Shown here: positions 8,877-17,286 of the stretch, in pieces
How the letters are laid out: each line of letters opens with the position of its first letter
How positions within the stretch are numbered: position 1 is the stretch's first letter
DNA from: an uncultured Eubacteriales bacterium
GTDB taxonomy: Bacteria > Bacillota > Clostridia > Oscillospirales > CAG-272
Direction of reading: 5' to 3'
NCBI GenBank assembly: GCA_900546635.1
Contig: URDS01000003.1
Location: forward strand, 252 to 64,251
DNA: 64,000 nucleotides
Notes under the pieces: generated by a model
Databases searched by the model: none
Told to the model about the DNA's origin: nothing
The model's input: only the letters and a program-made list of their open reading frames with translations
Translations under genes and position numbers: made by a program

Positions 8877-9689
8877 TTGCTTTATTTTGAACCGGTACAA
8901 CCGGATTTGTATAAACTGCGGGTTCCGTTTGAGAATATTTATACGGGCGTGTTCTGCATTGTGACCGCCGCGGGCGCGGTGATTATAGACAGCGCCGCCG
9001 GCGCTTATGACATCCGGCAATACATTCTTCCGGCGCTTGAAGCGCTGGGAAAGACCTTGGGAAATCGGACTTTGGCGGTGCGCCGGATCTTATGCACCCA
9101 TGCGCACGGCGATCATACCGGCGGCCTTTCCGCGCTGCATGCCCGGTTCCCGGAGGCAAAAATCGGCGCTTTTTCACAGAGCGTTTGCCCCGCGCTGTCT
9201 GTTTCGGCGTTTGAAACGCTTTCCGACGGCGACATTCTCATGGACTGCGTTCAGGTGCTGCACCTGCCCGGTCATGCGGACGATTCGGCCGGATTTTTGG
9301 ATCTGCGTACCAAAACGCTGATCTGCGGGGATTCTTTGCAGTTCTTTGGCGTCGGACGGTACGGATGCGGGGTTGCGTCGTGGTCTTCGTATCTGGAGAC
9401 GCTCAACCGGCTGCTTGAAGCCGATATTGAAAATATCGTCGCCTCGCACGACTATGTTCCGATGGGCGGCAATGCGTCCGGCGCCGAAGCGGCGCGCGCC
9501 TATATCAAGGGCTGTCTTGCCTGCGCGGAGCAGATTCGGGCGTTTGTGCGCACCGAATGCCTGCTTCACCGCACGGAGCCCAAAAAGATCGCTTCGACCT
9601 TTAACAAAAGGGTCGGCGCTGCGCGGAGACTGCCCCCTCTGCCCGCGGCTTCGGTGCGGTGCATCATGAAAGAGGAAGATTGGAAGTAG
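8877..9689 (+). CDS. MBL-fold metallo-hydrolase
   Basis: HAHGDHTGG (HxHxDH) motif. Start placed at TTG 8877, which sits 7 nt after an AAAAGGAGA RBS. The track ORF begins at 8799 but has no RBS there. Confidence 0.72.
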   Translation: MLYFEPVQPDLYKLRVPFENIYTGVFCIVTAAGAVIIDSAAGAYDIRQYILPALEALGKTLGNRTLAVRRILCTHAHGDHTGGLSALHARFPEAKIGAFSQSVCPALSVSAFETLSDGDILMDCVQVLHLPGHADDSAGFLDLRTKTLICGDSLQFFGVGRYGCGVASWSSYLETLNRLLEADIENIVASHDYVPMGGNASGAEAARAYIKGCLACAEQIRAFVRTECLLHRTEPKKIASTFNKRVGAARRLPPLPAASVRCIMKEEDWK

Positions 9690-9746
9690 TCCGCCCCTTT
9701 TGGGCAGTACATACCGCGTGAGCGCGGAATTTTACGGAGGGATTTT

Positions 9747-10478
9747 ATGCAGACGGTCGAAGAAACGGTGCAGGCGCGCTTGTTTGAAATGCGGGATCCG
9801 GCTTACAAGGCCTTTCACAGCCGGCTGATCCCGACGGTGGATCCCGAAACGATCTTAGGCGTCCGCACGCCGGCGCTGCGCCGGTATGCCCGCGCGCTTG
9901 CCAAAACGCCCGAAGCGGAGGCGTTTCTGCGCATTCTGCCGCACCGGTATTATGAGGAAAACAATCTGCACGGCCTTTTGATCGAGGCGATGTCCGATTA
10001 CGACCGGGTCATAGAAGCGCTCGATGCGTTTTTGCCGTATGTGGACAACTGGGCGACCTGCGATCTGATGCGCCCGCGGGTGTTTGCAAAGCATTTGCCC
10101 GCTTTGTCCGGGCAGATCGGTCTTTGGCTGCGCTCGGCGCATCCGTATACGGTCCGCTTTGGCTTGGAGATGCGCATGGTCTTCTTTCTGGACGCGCATT
10201 TTCGCCCGGAATATCTGGAAGAAGCGGCGGGGGTCCGGTCGGACGAATACTATGTGCACATGATGGTCGCGTGGTTTTTTGCGACCGCGCTCGCCAAACA
10301 ATATGATGCGGCTTTACCTTTTCTGACAGAACGCCGCCTGGATGCGCGGACGCAGAACAAGGCGATCCAGAAAGCGCTTGAAAGCTTTCGCGTCCCCGAT
10401 TCGCAAAAAGCGTATTTGCGGACGCTCAAAGTAAAATCTTCCCCCGATAATGCCGCGCTCATTGGTGATTTTAAATAA
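9747..10478 (+). CDS. DNA alkylation repair protein (AlkD-like HEAT-repeat family)
   Basis: 243 aa. The pattern DPAYKAFHSRLIPTVDPETILGVRTPALRRYARAL ... NWATCDLM is typical of this family. Confidence 0.72.
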   Translation: MQTVEETVQARLFEMRDPAYKAFHSRLIPTVDPETILGVRTPALRRYARALAKTPEAEAFLRILPHRYYEENNLHGLLIEAMSDYDRVIEALDAFLPYVDNWATCDLMRPRVFAKHLPALSGQIGLWLRSAHPYTVRFGLEMRMVFFLDAHFRPEYLEEAAGVRSDEYYVHMMVAWFFATALAKQYDAALPFLTERRLDARTQNKAIQKALESFRVPDSQKAYLRTLKVKSSPDNAALIGDFK

Positions 10479-10696
10479 GCGGTGCAAAAAACCGGTAGAA
10501 AAAAAGATTTTTTAAACGATACGAGCCGTTCTGTTTTTGGGTTAAATCGGGAAAAGCTGCAATCCATGCGGTTCAAGATTTTTCGCATGAAAAAGAAAAA
10601 TTTCAGGATTCTGATTTTGACAAATATTACCAGTTGCACATGCTATTCTGTATCCAGTTTGTCCGGCGGCAGCCGGTTGTGTATACAGGGGGATTT

Positions 10697-10918
10697 ATGA
10701 ATTATTGTTGTGTGGAAGAGCAATTGGCAGATGAGGAAACGGGAAGCTATACCGCGTACGCGGTGGCGGTCGAACTGGACGGAACGCGGATTCGGTATCT
10801 TTCGGATGCGTTTTCCGATCATGAGCAGGCGCTGCGTTTTATTGCTCTTTGCAACGAGCTTCAGCCGTGTCCGATTCATTTACGGGAAATGATCGAAGAT
10901 TTTATCGTGAGCGAATAG
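10697..10918 (+). CDS. Small hypothetical protein (73 aa)
   Basis: Internal ATG 10697 follows an AGGGGGA RBS. Acidic and Cys-containing. Resembles small conserved clostridial proteins of unknown function, but this was not verified. Confidence 0.45.
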   Translation: MNYCCVEEQLADEETGSYTAYAVAVELDGTRIRYLSDAFSDHEQALRFIALCNELQPCPIHLREMIEDFIVSE

Positions 10919-11000
10919 GCGGCCAACCCGCGGTTTTGCGACCGCGCGACGCGGTTTTGGCGGCGTTTCGCCTGTTTTGACCGGTGTTTGGAGGGCGATG

Positions 11001-11717
11001 ATGGCAAAAACGGCGGAAATGAAAATTATCGCGCATATTGATACGGCGTTCCCCGAAAAGTTCGGGATTCCGCGGCAGAGCGGGCTGGCCGAAACCCGTG
11101 CGACCGTGGTGTTTGAGCCGGAATACCGGAATCCGGACGCACTGCGCGGACTTGAGGACTATACGCACATTTGGCTGCTCTGGCAGTTTTCGGGCGCGCT
11201 GCGCGCGGACTGGTCGCCGACGGTGCGCCCGCCGCGCCTCGGCGGAAATGCGCGCATGGGCGTGTTCGCGACCCGCTCGCCCTTTCGGCCAAGTCCCATC
11301 GGGCTGTCGTCGGTGCGGCTGTGCGGCGTGCAGCTGCAAAGCGCGCGCGGGCCGCTTTTGCATGTGGCCGGCGCGGATCTGATGGACAAAACGCCCATCC
11401 TCGACATCAAGCCTTATCTTGCGTATACCGATTCGCATCCCGATGCGTCGGCCGGATTTTCCTGCGCGCCGGGAGAGGGCAGGCTGGCGGTCGTGTTCCC
11501 GGAAAAGATGCTGGAGGCGGTTCCGCCTGAGCATCGGGAGGCGCTGTGCGAGGTGCTGGCGCAGGACCCGCGCCCGGCTTATCAGGACATGCCGCAGCGG
11601 GTATACGGGCTTTCTTTTGCGGGGATGGAAATTCGGTTTTCGGTCGCTTCCGGGCGGCTGACCGTGCTGCGGGTGCGTTTTTCGTCGGAGCGGGACGGGG
11701 ACGGCGAGCGCATGTGA
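11001..11717 (+). CDS. trmO: tRNA (N6-threonylcarbamoyladenosine(37)-N6)-methyltransferase TrmO (TsaA/YaeB family)
   Basis: FGIPRQSGL, THIWLLWQFS, GVFATRSPFRPSPIGLSSVRL, TPILDIKPY. The ATG follows a GGAGGG RBS. Confidence 0.85.
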   Translation: MAKTAEMKIIAHIDTAFPEKFGIPRQSGLAETRATVVFEPEYRNPDALRGLEDYTHIWLLWQFSGALRADWSPTVRPPRLGGNARMGVFATRSPFRPSPIGLSSVRLCGVQLQSARGPLLHVAGADLMDKTPILDIKPYLAYTDSHPDASAGFSCAPGEGRLAVVFPEKMLEAVPPEHREALCEVLAQDPRPAYQDMPQRVYGLSFAGMEIRFSVASGRLTVLRVRFSSERDGDGERM

Positions 11718-11838
11718 GCTTTTGCCGGGCTGTCCGCGCGTCCGCCGCCGGGCGCATGTGAGCTTTTGCCGGGCCGCCCGCGCGTCCGCCGACGGGCGCA
11801 TGTGAGCTTTTACCGGGCCGCCCGCGCGCCGCCGGCGG
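11709..11838. repeat. Three tandem ~44-bp units; the first contains the trmO stop codon
   Basis: GCGCATGTGAGCTTTTGCCGGGC.G.CCGCGCGTCCGCCG.CGG at 11709, 11752 and 11796. Confidence 0.8.
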
Positions 11839-12206
11839 CGAGACGCGGCAAAGCGCACGGTTTGGGCTTTTTCGATCGTTTTTTAGTTGACCGCCTGTCG
11901 GCGCGCGGCCGGACGCAAAAGCCGCGGCGCGGGGATTGTGCGGCAATGTGCGAAACAGCGGCGCGTGTTTTGCGTGAAACAGCGCGGCACATACCCCGCT
12001 TTTCATCTGGCCGTGTATTCGGCTATGCGGGGGCTGCCCGGTTTGCGTGTGCATTAAGGTCTTCCACGGAACGCGCCTCCGAATGCTTGGCGCGCTTTGC
12101 GGAATGTGCCGGGGACGAATGCGAAAAAAGGGAAGCGCGGGTCGCCGGTTTTGCCGGCGATTTTGATGTTTCGGATGGACAAATTCGAGCATGGAGGTGT
12201 CGGACT

Positions 12207-13289
12207 TTGGAGACGGTGGTTTCGGTTGAGACAATGCGCCGCTCGGACGCCGGTACGATTGCGCGCGGCATTGACGGCCGCACGCTGATGTACCGCGCGG
12301 GGGAGGGGATTTTTTCCGCGTACCCCTGGCGGGGGCCTGCGGCGGTTGTGTGCGGCAGCGGGAACAACGCAGGGGACGGCTATGTGCTTGCGCTTTTGCT
12401 TGCGCGGGCGGGCGTTCCCTGCCGGATTTTTCTGCCGGAGGAACGCTTTTCCGAGGACGGACGCTTTTATTTCGAGCAGTGCCGCGCCGCTGGAATCGGC
12501 TTTGAAATTTGCGGCGGCACGCCGGATTTTTCGGGCTATGCCGAGATCGCCGACTGCCTGCTCGGCACCGGTTTTCGCGGCGAGGCGCGCGGAATGGCCG
12601 CGTCGGTGATTTCGCGCATCAATCAAAGCGGGGCTGCGGTCGTCAGCGCGGACATCAACAGCGGACTTTCGGGCGACGGCTTTCCGACCGGACTTTGCGT
12701 CGTCTCAGCGCTCACCGTTTCGGTGGGGTATTATAAGATCGGGCATTTTCTCGGCGCGGCGGATCAAAATATCGGCCGCCTTACGAACTGCAATATCGGC
12801 ATTGACCTCCTTGGCAAGGGGTATCCGCTGTTTTCTGCGGAGGAAGCGGCGGATTTTGCCTGCGGCGTCGGCGCGTCCGGCTTTGAGAATGCGAAAAACG
12901 CGGCCAAGCCGTTCAAAATGAATGCGTCCGATATGCCGGTGTGTCCCGGCGCGGCTGAAAGAGCGGCCGGAGCAGATACGGCGAGTACGCTGAATCGGCC
13001 GGGCGCGGAGAATGCCGCGTCTGCGGCAAAGCGTTTTTCTTTGGCGGCGCTGGCCGCGCGCGCGCCCGACGCGGAGCGCGGCGGCTTTGCGAGGGTGTTT
13101 GAGCGTGCGGAGGATTTGACGCGCGCCTTGGGCGGGGATGCGGGACTTGCGCCCATAGAGGCGGCGGAGCGGTACGCGCGCCGCACAGGCGGATGCGTTT
13201 TGCTCCGCGGGCGGGTTTCTCTGATAACCGACGGCGCGGATACTTGTTTTGTATGCCGCGCGCGCGAGGCGGATTTTATCGGATTGTAA
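12207..13289 (+). CDS. NAD(P)H-hydrate epimerase (YjeF N-terminal domain) with an atypical or decayed C-terminal extension
   Basis: TTG start at 12207, 7 nt after a GGAGGTG RBS. The epimerase domain is clear: VVCGSGNNAGDGYVLALLLARAG, DCLLGTGFRGEARG, VSADINSGLS. The last ~150 aa are Ala/Gly-rich and only faintly resemble the dehydratase domain (GGCVLLRGRVSLITDG). The ATP-binding motifs are missing. Confidence 0.7.
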   Translation: METVVSVETMRRSDAGTIARGIDGRTLMYRAGEGIFSAYPWRGPAAVVCGSGNNAGDGYVLALLLARAGVPCRIFLPEERFSEDGRFYFEQCRAAGIGFEICGGTPDFSGYAEIADCLLGTGFRGEARGMAASVISRINQSGAAVVSADINSGLSGDGFPTGLCVVSALTVSVGYYKIGHFLGAADQNIGRLTNCNIGIDLLGKGYPLFSAEEAADFACGVGASGFENAKNAAKPFKMNASDMPVCPGAAERAAGADTASTLNRPGAENAASAAKRFSLAALAARAPDAERGGFARVFERAEDLTRALGGDAGLAPIEAAERYARRTGGCVLLRGRVSLITDGADTCFVCRAREADFIGL

Positions 13290-13395
13290 CGCGGCGGCGC
13301 AAAGTCTTTTCGCCGCCGTGTTTGGAAAAACGGAAAACAGATCAAAAGATCCGCGTGAAAATTTTTTCACGCGGATCGCTGTCAAAAGAGTAAAA

Positions 13396-13486
13396 ATCGC
13401 AAATAAAATAAATATGTTTCCAAGGCGGACAAGTGCCGCCTTGGAAACACCTTACAGGCGCCCTCCTTGTTTTGGTTTTCCGACGG
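13396..13486. repeat. Dispersed structured repeat, copy A (short form)
   Basis: ATCGCAAATAAAATAAATATGTTTCCAAGGCGGACAAGTGCCGCCTTGGAAACACCTTACAGGCG... The 13-bp-stem hairpin lies at 13416-13448. Confidence 0.8.
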
Positions 13487-13549
13487 TTAAAGCCGCGTGA
13501 AAGAATTTTCACGCGGCTTTGTCTGTCAAAATATAGATTTCAGCGCATT

Positions 13550-13810
13550 TCAAAACCCATCGTCCGGAAACTTCAGCAATTTCCACGGTTCAATGCCGAG
13601 CGCGTCCGCAATGCAGAACAAAAGTTCAAGCGAAATCGGTTTCACCACGTTCGGCGCTTCCGCCATGCTGATGGTCGTGCGGCTGGTCTGCGCCTTTTCC
13701 GCCAGCCCCTCTTGCGTCATTCCGACAAGTTTGCGATAATACGCGATATTCAGTCCGAGCCGGATGTAGTTGTCTCGATGCAAAAAATCGACAGGTTTCG
13801 CTTTTGACAT
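13550..13810 (-). CDS. XRE-family HTH transcriptional regulator (phage repressor-like)
   Basis: 86 aa with the HTH LGLNIAYYRKLVGMTQEGLAEKAQTSRTTIS. Divergent from the structural genes. Confidence 0.85.
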   Translation of the reverse strand: MSKAKPVDFLHRDNYIRLGLNIAYYRKLVGMTQEGLAEKAQTSRTTISMAEAPNVVKPISLELLFCIADALGIEPWKLLKFPDDGF

Positions 13811-13895
13811 GGGTTCACCTCTTTCTCGCTCTCATAGATATACGTATAATTGTACCGGTAAAATGTGGAAATTCATACATTCTATTGTTTTGCTA

Positions 13896-13924
13896 TTGAC
13901 AAATAGAAGTTTGCAAGTCATAAT
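13896..13924 (+). promoter_or_regulatory. Candidate rightward promoter of the cassette
   Basis: TTGACA (13896-13901), 17 nt, CATAAT (13919-13924). It sits in an AT-rich divergent region, and the -35 element is embedded in an imperfect inverted repeat TCTATTG...CAAATAGA. Confidence 0.45.
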
Positions 13925-13968
13925 TATAAGTAGGTAAAATCAAGCGTTGAAATCAAAGGAGTAACAAG

Positions 13969-14295
13969 ATGGGAACAATCAACAAAAAAATGTTTTACAC
14001 ACCGGATATGGAACCGAGTTCAAGCCTGCGCGCGGAACTCGATATGATTGATACGCTGGCGGCGATGGACCTTGGCCGGCATCTTCTGGATTATATGGAC
14101 ACTTTGGCGCAAGAGGTTCGCGCGTCGGTAAAACGGGAACTGATGATTATCATTCGCGAGGTCATTGATATTCTGTCCGATAGTACGACGGATGATTTTA
14201 CGAAAGTGGATCAAATTGTAGATGTGTTCAACGAACGGGGAATCCACTGCGGCGGCTGCCACGATTTTGTGATTCCGCCTGAGGGAAGAGAGTGA
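13969..14295 (+). CDS. Hypothetical protein (108 aa), first rightward gene of the cassette
   Basis: ATG preceded by an AAAGGAG RBS. Acidic helical protein with a C-terminal CGGCH motif. No recognisable family. Confidence 0.55.
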   Translation: MGTINKKMFYTPDMEPSSSLRAELDMIDTLAAMDLGRHLLDYMDTLAQEVRASVKRELMIIIREVIDILSDSTTDDFTKVDQIVDVFNERGIHCGGCHDFVIPPEGRE

Positions 14296-14506
14296 AACGC
14301 TCTGCTTTTGCCGCGCTGTGAAAGCATCCGGTCTTTTGGTGCAAAGGGACCGGCCGGCTAAGCGGATTCGGGGATTGTTTTTTCTATCTTCGTATAGATC
14401 GCTCTGTCTTGCAAACGGATTTTGAATCTATAGTATGCCCCGTTCTATTTATATTATCAACCGTTTGCGCCAAAAAGGGGCGTTTCGGTCTTTATCCGTT
14501 AAAAAA

Positions 14507-14738
14507 TCAAAGTTTTTTGGCGATGAGGCGTACATTGGCGCCCCCCGCGGGGGCGTATTTTTGCCGCGCGCCGTTCTCGGCGGCGCTCGCGCGCCTGTAA
14601 GGTGTTTCCAAGGCGGCGCATGTCCGCCTTTTTCCGCCGCAAAACTAAGGTTTTGCGACGATAGGGCGCGTTCGCTCGCGCCGTCGCGCCGCCAATGGCG
14701 GCGCTGGCCGCCTTGTAAACGTATTTGATTTGCGATTT
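14507..14738. repeat. Dispersed structured repeat, copy B (reverse orientation, composite of more than one unit)
   Basis: Contains CCTGTAAGGTGTTTCCAAGGCGGCGCATGTCCGCC, CGCAAAACTAAGGTTTTGCG, GGGCGCGTTCGCTCGCGCCGTCGCGCC and the terminal GCCGCCTTGTAAACGTATTTGATTTGCGA. Confidence 0.8.
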
Positions 14739-14897
14739 TCACTTTTTTGACAGACTGCGGAGACGTTTCGTCTCCGTTTTTTTTATTTCATCGAAATACA
14801 GAAATTTCTGAACTTGCCGAAAAATCCCGGATCGCGCATGGATAATAAAAAGTGCGGCGGGGGACCGCCGAAATGCTTTGAAAAGGAGGAAGCCGAT

Positions 14898-15305
14898 ATG
14901 GAGAAAGCCAAACGGACAAACAAAGAGACGGCGTGTGGGGAAAGCCGCGAACACGGCGAAGCGTACAGCCCCGAAGAATCCGCCGCCCGCTCTGTTCTGT
15001 CCGAAAACGACCCTGAGATCGCCGATGTGCATGAAGTGCTCGCGGCGCTCAGCCGGATCGTGCGGCGCGAGGAGACCGAGGACGTACCGGTGAAGCTGCG
15101 CACCGAGACGCGCTCGGTGGACGCGGACGGGGAACCGGTCGTTGAGCGAAGCGAGCGCGTGGAGATGCAGGCGGCAAGGCCGCGTCTTTCGGATGTCAAC
15201 CGCAGCGCCGAACTGCTCGGCAAGTATTACGGCGTGTTCCGCGACCGCGTTGAGGGGAGCATCGCGCTGCCGGTCATGATCTGCGGCGAGGAAGACTTGC
15301 AGTGA
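14898..15305 (+). CDS. Phage terminase small subunit (P27-like)
   Basis: Start at ATG 14898 after an AAAAGGAGGA RBS. The C-terminal NRSAELLGKYYGVF pattern is typical of TerS. Its stop overlaps the terL start. Confidence 0.65.
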   Translation: MEKAKRTNKETACGESREHGEAYSPEESAARSVLSENDPEIADVHEVLAALSRIVRREETEDVPVKLRTETRSVDADGEPVVERSERVEMQAARPRLSDVNRSAELLGKYYGVFRDRVEGSIALPVMICGEEDLQ

Positions 15306-16633
15306 GCGAAGTGTACCTCCCCGATGTCGTCGGCGGCGGGTACGGTGCGTTTTGGCGCACGCGCGCCCGGTACCGGGTGGTCAAGGGCTCGCGCGCGTCC
15401 AAAAAAAGCAAAACGGCGGCGCTCTGGTATATCTACCATCTGATGCGCCATCCGGAGGCCAATCTCTTAGTCGTGCGGCGGACCTACCGGACGCTGGAAC
15501 GCTCGGCGTTTGCCGAACTGAAGTGGGCGATTTCACGTTTCGGGGCGGAAAAGCTCTTTGAGGCCAAAACCGCGCCGCTGGAAATCACGCTCAAATCGAC
15601 TGGTCAGAAAATTTTTTTCGCGGGGCTGGACGATCCGCTGAAGCTTACTTCCATGACCGTTTCGCGCGGCGTGCTCTGCTGGATGTGGATCGAGGAAGCT
15701 TTTGAGATCGACTCGGAGGAAGCGTTTGACACGCTCGACGAATCCATTCGCGGAGAGGTGCCGCCCGGCCTTTTCAAGCAGATAACGCTCACCTTTAACC
15801 CATGGAGCGACTCGCACTGGTTAAAGCGCCGCTTCTTTGACCGTCACGCCCCCGATATTTTCGCCATGACCGTCAATTACAAGGTTAACGAATGGCTGGA
15901 CGCGGCGGATTTACGGGTCTTTGAGGAAATGCGCCTGCGCGACCCCGAACGATACCGCGTTTGCGGACTGGGAGAATGGGGCGTCGGCGGCGGGCAGTTT
16001 TTCTCGGAGTTCCGGCACGACGTGCATGTCGCAGAACCCGGTCCGCTGCCCGCCGGGGCGCGGATCTACCGGAGCATTGACTACGGTTTGGACGCGCTGG
16101 CCTGTTTGTTTGTCGCGGTGGACTCGGCCGGGCGGGCGCTGGTCTTTCGCGAGGTGTACGCGCACGATCTGATCGTTTCCGAGGCGGCGGAGGCGATTCA
16201 AAACGCCTCTGCGGATTTAGACGTGTACTGCACCTTTGCGCCGCCCGACCTCTGGTCGCGCCAAAAGGACAGCGGCAAGAGCATCGCGACGCTCTTTGCG
16301 CGCGGGGGCGTGCCGCTGTCCTGCTCGGACAACAGCCGGGTAGGCGGCTGGCTTGCGCTCAAGGAGTGGCTGAAAATTCAGCGCGCCCCCGACGGCGGCG
16401 AGGACGCGCGGATGAAGATTTTTTCAACCTGCGAAAATCTGATTCGCTGCCTGCCCTCGCTTGTGGGCGACAAAAAGCGCGTCGGCGACTGCGAGACCGA
16501 GCCGCACGAGATCACGCATCTGCCGGACGCGCTCCGCTATTTCGCGGTGATGCAGACAAGCGCGCCGCGCGCGCAGCGCACGGTGAGCGTCCGGGATTTC
16601 ACGGGGCGCGGAAGCCGGGGCAAGCGGTTTTGA
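15302..16633 (+). CDS. Phage terminase large subunit
   Basis: 443 aa with a GTG start. Walker-A-like VVKGSRASKKSKT, then RRTYRTLERSAFAELKWAI, a LWIEEA-type Walker B (MWIEEAFE), and a C-terminal nuclease region (IDYGLD...). Confidence 0.88.
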   Translation: MSEVYLPDVVGGGYGAFWRTRARYRVVKGSRASKKSKTAALWYIYHLMRHPEANLLVVRRTYRTLERSAFAELKWAISRFGAEKLFEAKTAPLEITLKSTGQKIFFAGLDDPLKLTSMTVSRGVLCWMWIEEAFEIDSEEAFDTLDESIRGEVPPGLFKQITLTFNPWSDSHWLKRRFFDRHAPDIFAMTVNYKVNEWLDAADLRVFEEMRLRDPERYRVCGLGEWGVGGGQFFSEFRHDVHVAEPGPLPAGARIYRSIDYGLDALACLFVAVDSAGRALVFREVYAHDLIVSEAAEAIQNASADLDVYCTFAPPDLWSRQKDSGKSIATLFARGGVPLSCSDNSRVGGWLALKEWLKIQRAPDGGEDARMKIFSTCENLIRCLPSLVGDKKRVGDCETEPHEITHLPDALRYFAVMQTSAPRAQRTVSVRDFTGRGSRGKRF

Positions 16634-16919
16634 CTCTGGCGGGCGTTTTCAGCCGTGTTTGCGGCTTCGCCCCGCCCAAACCGGAATTGCCGCCCTGCCC
16701 GAACCGCACCCCGCCGCGAAACCGCGGATCCCCGCGCCGAAAAAGCCGGCGCGCAGCGCGAAAGACAACTTGACCGTCGTGCGGTCTGGGATTTCCGCGT
16801 TGAAAACGCCGCGCGCAGCGCGAAAGAAAACCCGGCAGCGCGCAGCCTGCCAAAATCCCGCGGCGGCGGGGCAAAATCGCCGCCGCCGCGGGCAAGTCCG
16901 ATAAAGGAGAAAAAACAAT

Positions 16920-17099
16920 ATGAAACAAATCACGGCAAAGCCGGCAAGGCATATCTGCTCGGTGGCCTCGTGCAGAAACACCGACTGCTTCCGCGTCTCG
17001 GGCAGTCCCAATCTGCTCGGCGGCTTTTACATCTGCGCCGACTGCGCGGGGCAGATCTACAAGCTGACCCGGCCGAAAAAGGCGGCAAAGCATGACTGA
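16920..17099 (+). CDS. Small Cys-rich (zinc-ribbon-like) protein, 59 aa; absent from the ORF track
   Basis: ATG 16920 after AAAGGAGAAAAAACAAT. Translation: MKQITAKPARHICSVASCRNTDCFRVSGSPNLLGGFYICADCAGQIYKLTRPKKAAKHD. C-x4-C ... C-x2-C spacing. Confidence 0.5.
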   Translation: MKQITAKPARHICSVASCRNTDCFRVSGSPNLLGGFYICADCAGQIYKLTRPKKAAKHD

Positions 17100-17286
17100 G
17101 GTGCTCGGACTTGCGTTTTGCGCCGCCGTACTTTTGCTGGAGGCGCTTCACCGCCGGGAGCGCGCCGCGCTTCTTTCCCGCCTTGACGGGGCGCGGCCGG
17201 CAAAAAAAGCAAAGCTGATGCATGCATCGGCGCACAGACGGGCGCTTGCGCGCCAGAGAGGAGGGGACGGCCATGAGTCTGTTTAA
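17092..17286 (+). CDS. Small hypothetical protein (64 aa, N-terminal hydrophobic helix)
   Basis: ATGA overlap with the previous ORF. It overlaps the portal start by 14 nt, a translational-coupling layout. Composition is weakly informative. Confidence 0.35.
   Translation: MTEVLGLAFCAAVLLLEALHRRERAALLSRLDGARPAKKAKLMHASAHRRALARQRGGDGHESV

Noticed and set aside
11766-12206. N-terminal 147-codon extension of the nnr-like ORF
   Set aside because: It runs through the 44-bp tandem repeat, has no RBS and is low complexity. A TTG with a GGAGGTG RBS at 12207 coincides with the start of the epimerase domain.
10902-12234. Two overlapping minus-strand ORFs (318 aa and 275 aa)
   Set aside because: Antisense to trmO and to the tandem repeat. 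Extremely Arg/Pro/Ala-rich.
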